A stretch of 64,000 bases of DNA from the human T2T-CHM13v2.0 reference genome, Homo sapiens (GCF_009914755.1 NC_060934.1), one strand, 5' to 3'; shown: positions 36,170 to 55,489, numbered from the stretch's first letter. Notes: a model not told the origin generated them from the sequence alone. Numbers and translations are program-made.

Positions 36170-36580
36170 AAAGGGACTTTGCAGATGTGATTAAGAATCT
36201 TGAGACGGGGTGCTATCCAGTATTGGGGGGGGTGAATCAAATGAAATCACGAGGGTCCTTACAAGCCAAAGAGGGAGGCCAGAGGGTCAGTACTGATCAG
36301 TGATGCCATACGAAAAAGACTCAACTGGCCATTGGTGACTTAAAGATGGATGAAGGGGTCATGCGCCAAAAGTGCAGGTGGCCTCTAGAAGCTGAAAAAA
36401 GGCAAGGGAACAGATGCTCCCCTAGTGCTTCTAGAAGGAACACAGCCCTATCCACATATTAATTTTAGCTCAGTGAAACCCATTTCAAACTTCTGACCTC
36501 CAGAACTGTAAGATAATAAAGATATGTTATAAGCCACTAAATTTGCGGTGATTTGTTACAGCAACTATAGGAAACTAAGG
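36170..36580 (+). mobile_element. MLT1 (MaLR) LTR
   Basis: gggactttgcagatgtgattaag...ccagaactgtaagataataaa...ggaaactaa. Confidence 0.8.
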
Positions 36581-37986
36581 CGCACACACTGAGGTGGGGT
36601 TGGGGAATGTTCTAGAAAGTATACACATTTCCATGAAGTTTTCAGGTTCAAAAAGTATAAATAGTCCTGGACTGACGGCATCCTAGAACACTTAGCAGAA
36701 CAGGGAATATACCTTCAGCTTAGCTTATCAATGGTATATCCCTTAAGTGGCACAGAGATCTCAACACATGAGATCTTAAAATAAGCTTACAACACAAATT
36801 TACAAAACACATAAGGAAAAAAATTCACCACAAGCAGGAGTCAGCATGTACACATGTAACAAATCTCCGAAGGAAGTTAATCCAAAAGAAAGAAAGGAGA
36901 AAAAAGAGACAGAACAGATGACATAAGTAGAAAACACAAAATGATGTTGTTTCATTTGAATTCAAATATATCATTAACTACATTAAATGTAAATTCAATA
37001 GTACTCCTATTAAAATAAGTATCACTGTATTTTTGTGAATCCAGTTATATGATTTCTTAGAAGAGGCAATTTTTTTAGCTTTTTTCCAGTTCCATCTCCC
37101 AAAGCTCTGTCATCCAGACAAATCTTTAAAAACAGAAAAAAACTGCAAGAATAAAAAAGATATATTCTGCATATTAATATATAGTATATTAATATAATAT
37201 CGAGAACTATAATCAGAAAAGATTCTTAGAGGCAGAGTGTCCTGTATTCCATAATTATGCTGCATTTTCTCAAAAATATTTTAAAATACATTTAAATACT
37301 CAATGAAGGCTTTATAATTTACACTGTGCTCTTCAAAAAGAACAAACCAAAAGCAATAAAGAAGCTGCTTGCCAAGCTTCGGGGGAGGGGGGAAATTAGA
37401 AAAAATGAGCACGTGCAACTGCACATAAAACTGCAGGTGGCTAGAAAGGAAACCAACTGAAGGGGAAAAAATCTAAAAATAGGCTTAGAACAGTGATTCT
37501 GACTGCCTTCGTTTGGATTTTCAAATCATTTCAGAGCTAAAACTGAGAGATGAAATGTGTACAATTTGTTTTAACCAAGAAGGCTATTTTAGAAATAAGT
37601 TCTGCCATAATTAAATATACTTATTTATGCGTTAGAAGTTCAAGTACCATTTGCAATTCAAAACCCAAAGAATTTTTCAATTAGAAATGATCTTAATGAC
37701 AAATTATAGCAAAATCAATTATTCCCAATTAATTGAAAAAAATTCCTCTGACAGTACATTTTGCTGCTCTCTTTCAAAATATTTTTAGGGACATCACATC
37801 TTGATGGGCATGCCAAGTTCTCTACAGGCTTCCTCTAGATTTCCATATTATCACAGATTCTAAAGACACAAAACTAAAAACACTTGGAAAACAATTTTAC
37901 AATATAAACCACAAAAACGTAAAAAAAAAAAAAAAAAAAAATTAAGACAGTGGGAGCAGCTTTTAAATAGGAAACTACTGCCTTCA

Positions 37987-39481
<1,495 letters not shown>

Positions 39482-41935
39482 GAAAATACACACTACAGTA
39501 TTTAGGGGCAATGAGAGCATCATACCAGCAAGTTATTCTCAAACTGTTCAAAATAAAAAGCTCTTTTGTCCTATGCCTGTAACTTGCAATCCAATAAAAT
39601 TTCTCTAAAAAGATACACTGATTTTTCATTAACTGAAGTAAAGAATTCTAATGGCCCTAAATTCTGCATCATACTCCTCCAAAGAGATGATGTGATTATC
39701 CTTCCACTCTAACATCCTTCCCTGTTATTTGTTGGATAAATGCATGCATGCATGCTAGACAATGGGAATAGAGCAATGACCATAATAGACCTCCTATGGA
39801 AGGCACATACCGAACAATCAGACAAATAGCTATATAATTCAAATAATAAATGCTATGAAGGGAAAGTATAGGATGCCACAAAAATAGTTAACAGAGACTC
39901 CTAATAGCATGTTTGCTGACAGGAAACAGGTCAGAAAGGAGAAACAGGGGAAAACCACCCTTTTAAAAAAGTTAGGTTAATAAGAACTAAACGAAGAGTG
40001 GGCATTAGCTAGGTGATGCATGTCTGTAATAACATATGTCAAGACACTAACATGGGAGAGAACATTTGTTATCCCTGGAAGTTAAAAGTCTAAGAAGAGT
40101 TAGGACAAGGCAAAAAATTAAGGCAGGCGCCAGATGCCAGACCTTTAAAGAACCTTTAAATGCCATTAAAAGTAATTTAGGATTTTTTCCCTTGTAGTCA
40201 CTAATTTTCAAACCTTTTTTATTATTCAACCCTAATTTCAAATCAAGTCTTACAGAGACTCTCAATATATAATATAAACTAAAACAGCACTGTCCTATCT
40301 AAAGTGGGTAGAGTGCTTTAGAATTTCACCGACTGAGGCTCCTGTTTACCTAAAATGAGGGCAAAGGCAAAAACAGGCAATTGTTTGAGAGAGAGAAGGC
40401 AGTATCACAAATAATACATGTTGGGGATATACTAGCTAGACTTCCAATCAAAAACTAATACAATAAATCAATGACAATCATTCACAGAGCATTTACATAC
40501 AAAGGAAGTAAACACAATGGAGTGATGAGGGGAAAGGGGAAAACATGGTAAATATAGGAAGTAGCGCTAACAGCAGGAGCAGTACTTCTAAATCCAAATG
40601 GCAAGGGGTGGGAGAGATTACAACAATGTGGAACAGAAAGTCACACAGAGAAGACCACCTGGAGGAGGCAGTACCTGTGTCCGGACACTGCCAACCCAAG
40701 GTAACCTCACAGCGAAGAAACCAGGGAAATAAATATTCTGAATTGGCCTTTCTCACTGCTTCCAATCTACCTGTTTTCTACACTAGCTGAACTGTGATCC
40801 AAGTCACAGATACTGATTGACAAAATCCATACAAGTAAGCCTACCGGGCACAGAACAGGAGAGAAAAAGGAAAGCATAGATCAGGAAGATCAAACAGAAG
40901 CTATCTGTCATGCAGGAGTATATATAGAAGTACTAGGAAAAATCAAACCTAGTGTTCTGGGAGCAAGGAAAAGGTTTCCATTAGGCAGAGACAATTAAGA
41001 CGAAGCCTAAACAATGAGCAAGAGTTAGGCAGAAGAAATAGGGGAGACAGACATTCCAGGCAAAGGGACTAGCACTACAAACATACACTTCCAGAAGAGT
41101 AAATAAATTAGGATGTTTGAAGCACAGAATATGAGGGAAAAAAAGGGAAAAGAAGAAAACTAGAGCAGCAAGGGGAAATAAGATCAATCTTTTATACCAT
41201 GCTTCCCTTCCCTTTACCTTTAGGCTAAAGGCAAAGTTTAAGAATTGACATGACCTCATCTGACAGAAATGGGTGTGGGTTTTTAATAAAAGTAACAGGT
41301 ACAGGGATTTTTTAATGGCTGAAGTCCATTTGCTCTCCTATTTCTTGGTTAAATAGCTCTTGCCTGGTCATTTCACAAGAATTGCAAGGCAGAGTGGAAA
41401 TGTAGAGAACAATGCAAACACCAGTAATACTAAATTATTACACAAATTCTAATCTACGTTATCCTTTTCAATTTCCCAAATTTTGACTTTTTCAGGAAAC
41501 AGGCAGGCAAAAATGTTTAGTGATCACATTAAGTCATCTGTTTAACATTCTGAACCAAATAATTGATAATTGAAATTTTACACTAGAGTGTATCCATTCT
41601 GCTTCAAAATGGAGAATCTTTCTAAAAATAAAATTGACATCGTGCCCTATTTGCAAAGAACTACAGATTTTCTAAAGTGACACACTGAAAATTTAAGAGA
41701 CTTGAGGATCAACTCCTTGCCAGGCCCTATTGAAGATACTAGGGATACAGTGATATACAAAACAGATAAGGTTCCTGTCATCATTAAACTTAACCTCAAA
41801 AGAAAGAATAGCCATTAAATAAGTACGCATACAAATAAACATAATTACAAACCTGGTATGTAGTACAAAGGATGAAGTAAAAAAAAATTCTGCTATGTAG
41901 TACAAAGGATGAAATAAAAAAAAAAAATTCTATTA

Positions 41936-42314
<379 letters not shown>

Positions 42315-45107
42315 TCACAATGGATTGAGGCATACATATGTTTGAAGGAAGAAGCTGCCAGGAAACAGCAGATTCAAGAACTTGGTTGTAAACTGACAAC
42401 AGAGAAAGGCAATATATCAAAAGGCATGGTTAGGAAAACTTAAGATGGGAAGACATACACATGTTAAATGTTTATTCGAAGTGGGAACACAAGAGAGATT
42501 GAATATAAGAGAAAAAAGGGATGACAGATATGATGACTAATAATGCCAACACTATGTAAAGGTAAATGCTTTATAAGCAATTCCTTATTTAATCTCCAAG
42601 GTTAGCACTATTGTCCAAATTCTGCATATGAGATAACTAAACTCAAAAAGGTAGGTAGGAAAAATCACACAGTGACAGAACATGGCTTCAAACACAGGTC
42701 TTTATGACTCCAAAATACACCACACTGTCTTATTCTTTCCATATCCTTATCAAACTATGTAAATGCCAGTTACTATGTAATAAAGATACAGAGATGAATA
42801 AAACATGGTCCTTATCTTTAAAGAGTAAGGTAAGGAACACAAACATATACCCAAAAATCAATGTAAAAGAAGGAATAAGTTAGAAGGTATAAAACAAAGA
42901 GAGGGCCAGTAACTCTATCCTGAGCTGATTAGTGAAGACCTCAGACGGTGTTCCTATTAGGCAGAACAGAAACAGGACAAACTGAATTCCAGGTAAGACA
43001 AACACATAATTGGAAAAACAAAGACGCACAAATTTACAGCTGTGTCTGCAACACTTCAAGAAGCTGGGCATGGCAGAAATAGGAGAGTTGAAGAGACCAC
43101 ATCAATGAGACTTTTATGCCATGCTATGGTATCTGAACTATAGGAAGTAAAAATCCATTTCCAGACTTTAAAGCAAGATTAGGCTACTGTGAAGACTCAG
43201 ACTTCAGAGGTCTGAGCAGTAGCCTGGTGAGTGAACGGCTTACAGACAACCAAAAGAACATGAAATTTGGAAGGAGACTCCCAAACTAGCTGTTTATACT
43301 CAAGCTCAAGGACAGTTCCAAAGTCACTTTTTATTTAAAAAAAAAAAAAAAAGGTAGTTTTTATTCTAAGGTTAATGAGAACACTCCGTTGTCATATTTT
43401 AGGACACAACAAAGAAATGGTTTCACCCACACTTTGTGATCAACAGGGAGGGACTGAAGATTTGCTTCCTTAACCCCACAAATACAGATTATTTGAGGCA
43501 GAATGCAGGCTTAGGTGATTCATTTCTCCAAAAAGCATATTGAACAGAAGCAGGATTGCCAGCTGTTTACCCTAAAAGCAAAGAACAGAGTCTCCAATTT
43601 CCAAAAGATACTGCCTTTCCTTTGATTCAGGGCATATCACGTCAGTCTGCCATCTGATGGTTCAGGAAGACTGATGCTTATTTCTGCTAAGCATATTGCT
43701 CTGACTCAGGAGCTGTGTAATTCCAGCACCCAGCAGATACAAGAAGCAGAGAAGAAGCCAAAGGATACCAGCTACTCCCCTAGCACAACACAATTAGCCT
43801 CAGCAATGAAACCAAATCAAAGGAAAATAAGCTATAATTTAGAACTTTAGGTTTTTGCAAATTGATCTCCAGGTACTTTCCTCATTGCAGAAATCATACC
43901 CTACATTCTAATCACCCTGAAAAAACCATGCATGTCTTTCTCTAATGCCATTACCTCAGACTGGAATGCATCTATACTCCGTATCAACATGATAAATGAA
44001 CAGGCTTCCTTTAAGACCCAATTCAACTGTTATTCCTTCAAGCCATGCTGTAAAACCAGCTCATTCAATCTTCATTCTACCCTCCTGATCCTTGCCCCAA
44101 GAATATCTGCTTGCACTGCAGAAGCTAAAAAGCTAAAATCAACATTGTCCAGTTGTTCTCACCACCAGGCTTCTGGATACAATTTCTGATCTATCAATAA
44201 AATACTTTCATGGGATTTGGAAACTGAAAGTGAAGTGGAGATCTCTTATTACCACTTTACATTTCCTATTGGCAAAGTAAGTCAAGAAATAAGGTTTTTT
44301 TCCAAATTGATGCTCCAGTGTCCATTCTCCAACTGTTTGGATGTTTACAGGCAACCGCACTGGAAACAACAGCTGGACTCCAAGTTCAATGCCCAGTCAC
44401 CAGGTTTGTGGGTGTCAAGAGGCAGTTGAGGCAGCAACAATGGCAGCAGCTTTCTAAGCCATGGCCTGAAACCCTTGCATAACGTTCTTAAACTCAGTAA
44501 TTCCTGTGGCACCATCAGTGGTTATAGCTTCCCCAGCAGATCAGTTTTTGAGTTCTGGAACTTATTTGTGGAGAGTAAATTTATATTTAAGATAGTTAGA
44601 ATGGTTTCTATCTCCTGGTCCTTGAATCATATACACCAAACAAGTTAACACCTTACAGGGGAAGCAGCACACCAAGAAGGAAAGAAAATGAGTAATATCA
44701 GTGCAAGAGGCTAACAAACTGGTAAGTGCCAGTTAGACCTTAGATACATGAGAAAAACAATGAATTAGACTAGAATCAGTATCCTAAAATTCCCTTTGAC
44801 TACAAAAAGTTTTAAGTCCCTGAATCCACAAGTTGTCACACATAAGAAATCATCATTTGTCCAACATGCATGTAATTGCAAGTTTTATCTCAATTGATTA
44901 TCTTTTTTTCTTGAATATTGGCCATGTTTTCATGGTTCTTCCTAAGTATGGTAATTTTAGATTACATTTTATATGTGGTAAATGATACCTTACAGAAACT
45001 CTAGATTCTGCTATAGTCCTTTAAAAAATGTTTTGATTTTCAAGGGCAGAAAAATTAAAAAGATAAAGAAGTAGAAAAGAAAAAACAAACAAAAAATGTT
45101 TACAGTA

Positions 45108-47511
<2,404 letters not shown>

Positions 47512-47669
47512 TATTACTATAAACTTTCATTTTCACATAAAAAAGGGGGGAAATATTAGAATCAATATATAAGCCTTACCTGACAACAATTCATTAACTT
47601 ATAATACATATGGACACTAATTAATGTTACTTTTCTTTCTGCATAAACCAAAAACTGTGAGAAAACAGC

Positions 47670-48130
47670 ACTAGCCCTGATAAAACTCTGGACACTGAAG
47701 CCTGGTGGAGCTTGCCTGGTGGAGCTCCCTGGATGGTGAACACGCTGATGAGCAAGGAGGGTAGCATGCCCTGATTCCACAAGAAGAGGGCATGGAAGCT
47801 CTATGTTTGGAAACTCCCAGACCTTGCCCTGTGTGTCTCTTCATTTGGCTGGTCCTGATCTGTATCCATTAAATAAAATCGTAATCATATGGGTAGTGTT
47901 TCCCTGAAATCTTTGAATCATTCCAGTAAATTATCAACCCTGAGAGGGGTTGTGGGAAACTCCCCAGATTTGTAGCTAGTTGGCCATAAGTATGGGTAGA
48001 ATGGGGACCCTACTTGCCACTAGCACCTGAAATGAAGGCAGACTTCTGGAACTGAGCCCTTCCCTTGTGTGGTCTGCACTAACTCTGTGTGATCAGTGTC
48101 AGAACAGTACTGCAGTACCCCACTGGTGTC
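47670..48130 (+). mobile_element. MER21-like LTR fragment
   Basis: ataaaactctggacactgaag...cccagaccttgccctgtgtgtctcttcatttggctggtcctga...gtgtcagaa. Confidence 0.7.
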
Positions 48131-49637
48131 AGAATACCAAACCCCTAACAGAACTTCTTCCATCATATCTTACGCAAGCTAACCCTATATGCTGGGGATA
48201 TGGTAGGAATGAAGCCATAAACATGTACAACTTGTATCATCATGCAATCTGCACCAGCCCCACTCTTCAAAATTTCTGGCTCCTTAAGGAATTTCAGCAA
48301 ATCCACCTCCAGAAAAATTATCTTAAAAAAAAATGTTACTTACTATAAATAGAGAAACCGGTGTTAAATCCCATGAACACTTTTTAAATTTTTTGAAGTA
48401 AATGTTTTTATAACACCTCAGGGATCGGCAAACTTTTTCTGGACACAATCAGAGAGTACATCTTTAAGACTTTGCAGGCCATATGGCTTCTGTCGTAACG
48501 ACTCAACTTTGCCATGTGTCAGCAAAAGCAGCCGTAACAATATGTAAACAAAGGAACACAGCTATGTTCCAATAAAACTTTATTTATAAAAATGGAGGGG
48601 GAAGGACTAGATGTGGCTCATGGATCACAGTTTACGGACCCCTGCACTAGATTAACTCGTCTGATGGCATGAAGGTCTGGTTACCACACCAACAACTAAT
48701 AGTCTGGGAGAGTTTAGTACACCTGTTCTTTTAAAAAAAAAAAAATTAACTGATACAAATTATATTTTAGCCAAAATGTGTTTCCTTGGCAGGAAATGTT
48801 AAAGGAAGGAAAAAAGTAAGGGGGTAGGGAAAGAAAGAAAAAGGGGAAGAGGGAGAGAGGAGGAAGGAGAAGGAAAGAAAATACAAAGGAAGAAAACCTA
48901 ATGCTATCAGAAATCACTGGTATATTTTAGAGTATCTTTTATTTAATTTCAAAAATTTCAGATATCTAAAATATATTAAAATTCATAAATTTCTGCAATT
49001 AACATGAAGTAACTTACTATAACTAAGGTTATAAGTAAGCTCATAGTAGTACCAGGCTCTCTGCTAGGTGCTATTAAGAATCCCTGTAGAATAATTTTGA
49101 AACAAATGTTTATCAATGTAATAATTAAGAAAATTTTATTTTAGATAATACTGAGCTAAAATTTAGTGCCAAGATAAGGCTTTGTCACTCTAGCCCCCAA
49201 ATAAGAATGTATGTGTTCTGTAGCATGTATTTACATTCAGAGAAGAATCTATATTCTATATTAGTGTATCTCTACTATAGCTTGCTCCTCTATAAATTTA
49301 CCGTGTTAATAACTATAATTAAAGCAAGCATGCTTAATTAATCTGAAATAATAAAAGGTGTCCTCCTTCCAAAGAAGGGGAGTTAGGAAATTTGCTCTAA
49401 ATCATTTTACTATTGGTCCTCAATATTTACAACAGGAAAATTAGCAACTGTTTTGGTTAGGTATCAGTCTTAAAACAGTAAAGCTGAAGATAAAAAATAC
49501 TATTTCATAATAGGACTTTGGCAGGAAACTTGAGAAATTTTTCGTGTTTTCCTTATGATGTTAAGAATATTATACAATTTTATAACATCCTTTTAAAATT
49601 CCAATTTTAATCTATTTCATGAAGAACCAATCTCTGA

Positions 49638-49771
49638 CAAAGATTTGTATAAATTTGTATAAATTTATGCAAAGATTTGTATAAATTTGTATAAATTTAT
49701 GCAAAGATTTGTATAAATTTATGCAAAGATTTGTATAAATTTGTATAAATTTATGCAAAGATTTGTATAAA
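49638..49771. repeat. AT-rich minisatellite, unit CAAAGA(TTTGTATAAA)1-2TTTATG, about 4.5 copies
   Basis: Units of 32, 32, 22 and 32 bp plus a 16-bp partial, all exact apart from the inner decamer count. Confidence 0.92.
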
Positions 49772-49779
49772 GTTTTTAG

Positions 49780-50835
49780 CAGAAATTTATCCTCTTAACA
49801 GTTCTGGTGGCCAGAAATCTGAACAAAATCTTACAGGATCAAATCCAAGAGTGAGCAGGGACAGGCTCCCTGAGAAGGCTCAGGAGGGGGTGTTCACTTG
49901 CCTCTTCGAGATTATGGTGACTACCAGCATTCCTTGACTTATCGCCACATCATTCTAATCTCTGCTCCTGTTTCCACACCACCTTCTGCTCTTCTATGTC
50001 AAATCCTCCTCTGCCTCCCTCTTATCAGGACATCTGTGATTACATTTATGGCCCACTGCATAATCCAGGATAATCTTCCCATCTCAAGATCTTTAATTTA
50101 TACTTGCAAAAAGCCCCTTCTGCCAGAAGGTAACATCCACATTCTCAGGGATTAGGGATATCTTTTGGGGGCATTACTCAATACAGCATAGCATGGTTCA
50201 TCTTAGAAATACTAGATGTGCATACAAACCCACCAGAGTACTGACTAGTACCATTAACATACTTTTCTCACAGTAAATCAGCCATATCAAGTGAGTGCTA
50301 ATGAATGCTCCTTAGCCACTGGGCAAGGACTGTACATGTCATGCTTTTCTGATTTTGAATGACAAATGACACTTATCAATCTACATTATATCTTTCTGTC
50401 AATATTGAAGGTTCTGGTGAAAGTTTATATCCATAATAGCTGGAAAAAAGTATAAAAGTGATAGTGCTAATGACAACATAAGAGGGCTATATTAGTTTGC
50501 TAGGACTGCCATAACAAAGTACCACAGGTAAGTGGCTAGGAAATTTACTTTCTCACGACTCAGGAAGCTACAAGTCCAAGATCAACATGTTACCAGGACT
50601 GAATTCTTCTCAGGGCCTTTCTCCTTGACTTACAGATGGCCATCTTCTCTTTGCGTCTTCACCCTCTTCTTTCAAGAATACCAGTCATACTGGACTAGGG
50701 CCTATTCTGTAACCTCATTTTAACTTAATTACCTCTTCAAAGACCCCATCTCCAAATACAGTCACACTCTGAGGGACTGGGAGTTATGACTTCAAAATAT
50801 AAATTTGTTGGCGGGGGGACACACAACTCAGCCAG
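49780..50835 (-). mobile_element. Two MLT1 LTR remnants (~49780-50190 and ~50489-50835)
   Basis: Reverse MLT1 motifs (cagttctggtggccagaaatctgaa; tattagtttgctaggactgccataacaaagtaccaca). Confidence 0.75.
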
Positions 50836-50869
50836 TAAGTGCCAAAGAAGAGTACCATGCTTGATGTTA

Positions 50870-51196
<327 letters not shown>

Positions 51197-53442
51197 TTAA
51201 GAAACTGGCTGAGGAAATCTAAGATAAATACCAACAGTCCATTAGGAATCTGAAGAAGCCCCTTCATAATGGGGATAATGGCACCAAAAATATCACCAAG
51301 TAGTCAGTCAGTAAGGATGAAACAAAAAATGTATGACGGAGAGCCAAAAGAAACTACAGGTGGGGATGTATTATCAAATTGGGTGATTCTTTTAAAATGG
51401 GAGCATGATGGCCTGCATATAATATTCGCAATACATAATCTATAGGAACTAAACTGTAATAACCACATAAAGCAATAGTTCTCTGACTGATCTAAAGACT
51501 CCTGAAGTTCCCAAGATCCTGTCTTTTCTAACTACATATTTTTGTGAAGCAAAATTTCTTCACATACTTCAACCCAAACAACAAATCACAACAGAGTGAA
51601 TGAAGAAGCAGACATGAGAACCCAGTGATCGTCTTACCAAACATTTTAAAGACACTTTCAGAAATGTAAAACAATGCCACTCTTCTCATAAATTTATTTG
51701 TTTTGGATAACAGTTTTTTTCATTAAAATGTTATTTGTACTAACAGTGGATTTCTTTTATTGTTAAATGAGTTAAATACTTTTTAAATTTGTTTGAATAT
51801 CTGATATGATAAATACTGGAAGATCTACCCAATGAATCCAAAGCCCACGTAGATCCTCAATAATTTAAGATGTAAAAGGTTCCTAACAAAACATCTGAGA
51901 AACCAGAGCACTGACTCAGTTAGTGTTTCCATTCTAGGTACCCGCCCTACCTCCCCAGTGCCCACAGTAACTAGGTTTTTGCCTATATAAAACTAAACAG
52001 TCTCCTAAAAGATGCAGTTACTTTGAAGGTTTGTTATATAAGGTTTTGTGAGCCCACTGTAGAAATAGACTGGATGGGGCAATTCATCCAATTCCTAAAT
52101 TTTGAAGACTCTGATTACAAATTGGAGGCATTGTAGTACAGAAGAGAAAATCAGTGGATCATCTATGAGTCAAGATGCCCATCTTTTGATTTCTAATGTT
52201 ATACTAGCTACCTACGACTTCAGGCAAATCATTTATTTTTTTGGGCATCAGTGTCACAAACTATAACATCAGAGAATAAACCAAATGATCTCATGTCCCT
52301 TCCAGTTCTAACTTCCATGATGTGAGGGAAGCCCAAAATTGCCAATGGAAAAAAGAAATCATAATGGACATTGCTAAGCACTCTACAAAGCAAATACTTT
52401 AATTGTGAAAAAGTTGGTGATGTGAAAGAATTTAACAGTTGCACACTTTCTCCTAGTATTACTTCCTATATTTTCCAGGAAAAGTGACTGGCACCTTTAG
52501 ATGACTACTGTGTCATAAGAAATATCACTATAAGAATCTTTTAAAAATTTACAAAATAAGAAGTGAATATTGGTTACAGAAAGGACTTATCAGTAATTAC
52601 TTCACCAAGGAAAGCTACTAATATTTGGTAACTTAATCTAAGACAGGAAAAATGGGGGATAAAATTGTTAAAATAGAAAACTTTATAAATCTAAAACATG
52701 TCAACACACAAACAGAAAGTTAAAAGCTCCACACTGAAAGGAAAGGGACTCTTTCCTGAAATAATTAAGGTTTAGTTTATCCAAGTCCTGATAGAATTGG
52801 AGATGATTTTTGTTTGTTTTAGTTTAAAAATTTTTTGAAACTGAAAACTCAAACAAGCTCTGAATTCTAAATTTTGAGATTATGTCCTAATTGGCACATA
52901 ATCTATGCTGTATTAAGAGATTATAAAGCAGAATTTTAACTAAAAACACACCACTCAACAGCCAAGGTATGACAGATGTAAATCCCTCATAAAGCTCTGA
53001 GAGATTTAAAAAAAAATTTCTTTCACTACAATGCATTTACTTAAACAATGTTTTAAGAATAGCAATTTGGAAGAGCAAGGAAATACTCTTTTTAATTCCC
53101 CAATTAAGAATAAATGCCCCCCCCAAAAGCCTGTTTTTATGTAAATTTAGCCAATTAGATTTCAGCTGCATTTAAGAGTTCCAAGTAATTCAATGTAATT
53201 TACAGAATTACAAAAGCTTCATTTACCTAGTCACCTTAATTTTTTTATGATTCAGTAAGTCAATTGATAGTATTAACAGCTTTATTTTTAAATCTACTGA
53301 AATAACTACATCTGTATGAATTAAGACATCTTCCAAAGAATGAGAATTGAATTCAGTAAGCTCAGCAGAACACAGAGAATATTCATAATTAAATAAAGAA
53401 GAAAAATAATTTGAAAATGTTTTGTTACTGAAAAAACAAAAT

Positions 53443-54803
53443 ATAGGCAGTTGTTTTGCACAGTTCTGATACGCATGAATTTCAGTTACCATATTTTAGT
53501 TAACACCAGTCCTCCAACTACACAATTTAAATTTCAGTTACATTCAGGTGCAGTGGTTCACACCTGTAGTGCCAGCACTTTGGAAGGCCAAGGTGGAAAG
53601 ATCACTTGAAGCAAGGAATTTAAGACCAGCCTGGGCAACACAGCAAGATCCCATCTCTACCTCACCACCCAAAAAAATTAGCTGGGTATGGTGGTGTGCA
53701 TCTGTGGTCCCAGCTACTCAGGAGGCTGAGGCGGGAGGATCATTTGAGCCCAGGAGTTCAAAGCTGCAGTGAACTATGACTGTGCCACTGCACTCCAGCC
53801 TGAGCAACAGAACAGGATTCTGTCTCATAAAAACATAAAAATAAATAAATTTCAGTTACCACAAGAACTATAAATAATCGCACAAAGCAGAAACTTCGCT
53901 GCTAGGTCTGAAGTCCACATAAGTAACAGATGAGCATCATTACTGGTTACCAATCGTGTCTTTGTTTCAAAGTTTATTGGTGAATGGTCTCTGTACATCT
54001 GATATTAAGTTTATCCACAGACTACAAAGTACATAGTTGTGCTGCTTCCTTGTCCCCTAAATGATAAGCCATTGTGACATTTTACAAAACTGGGTATCAA
54101 AGAGAGAACTGGCCAACAAAGATGAAACTGCAGCAAATACATGAAAAGTGATAATGCTAGATAGAGGTGAAATTCGAATTGAATGTAAATGGGATTAAAA
54201 CAGAAATAATGCATACAGGAATGCTAACATTGCTGCCATTCAGGAGACTACAGATATGCAGCCAGAAGAATATCATGAAGGCAAATGTATTAACATAAAT
54301 GAACAAAGTGGCTGAGAAGAAAGGGAAGAAGATACTACAGATAAAATGATACCCATAAAAACTTTATGTTAAAGAAACTCTAGAAGATATTTCACAACAT
54401 TTAAAATCCAAAGGATAAAATGTTGAGAGGAGCTGATCCACCCAGAGAAAGGAGAATGACAATTTGCCAAGGCACAGAAAAAAATGTGTGCTTCATAACA
54501 ACTTACACAGTGAGAAGGTAGCAAGCACTATTCAAACTACTTTCTTAAGAAATAAAACCCTTTAATTCTCAATACCTCGAATGTTTTACATTATGGTATA
54601 CTAAACATTAGCATAACTTTTTTTTCATTTCTCTATTCATTTATAACAAAAAGAGAGATTTTAATGTTTTGACAAAAAATTTTACAGATCACAGAACAAC
54701 CATAATTTTACCCATTGACTAGTAAGATTGTTTTGTATACCTTGAGCATGCATCACCATTTTTTATAATCTCCAATAACCATGCAAAATAATCACTGCCT
54801 ATA
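53443..54803. mobile_element. Old TcMar/Tigger-type DNA transposon remnant with a nested AluJ (53545-53850)
   Basis: Inverted termini tataggcagt..ttttgca / tgcaaaa..actgcctata with TA ends. Confidence 0.6.
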
Positions 54804-54900
54804 CATAAAATGTACAGTGATCCTCTGGTTATAATCCATGTATAAGAATCAACTAAAAACTAGGTTCTATTATATTTTTCCTAAGTAATTTTGCAAAGAC

Positions 54901-54902
<2 letters not shown>

Positions 54903-54939
<37 letters not shown>

Positions 54940-55211
54940 CGGAGTCTTACTCTGTCGCCCAGGCTGAGGTACACTGGTGGGATCTCAGCTCACTGCAACT
55001 TCTGCCTCCCGAGTTGAGGCGATTCTCCTGCCTTAGCCTCCTGAGTAGGTGGGATTACAGGTGCCTGCTAGCACGCCCGCCTAATTTTTGTATTTTTAGT
55101 AGAGACGGGGTTTCACCATGTTGGCCAGGCTGGTCTCAAACTCCTGACCTCAAATGATCCACTCACCTCAGCCTCCCAAAGTGCTGGGATTACAGGCCAC
55201 CATGTCCGGCC
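54903..55211 (-). mobile_element. AluS whose tail has become a (CA)18 microsatellite
   Basis: Reverse Alu preceded by (TG)18 at 54903-54938. Confidence 0.9.
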
Positions 55212-55489
55212 AAGAGATTTATTTTAATTCAGTAAACACTGCAAACCAGTCATTTGCCAGACATTGTGCAAGTCCTCAAGAACCAGCATGAATCACTCTA
55301 CACTAGATTCTGTTCTACAAAAAAAATTATTTTAGCAAAGTTCCAATCTATATCAATTTTGTCCTAAAATCTAAAAAGGCAACAGGATACCACCAAACAT
55401 GAAAATAAGCTGGGCACAATGGCACATGTCCGTAGTCCCAGCTACTCAAGAAGCTGAGGTGGGAGGATCACTTGCGGATGGAGAGTTAG

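Noticed and set aside
49638-49771. Palindromic ~32-bp repeats superficially like a CRISPR array
   Set aside because: No unique spacers, eukaryotic intron context and no cas genes; it is a tandem repeat.
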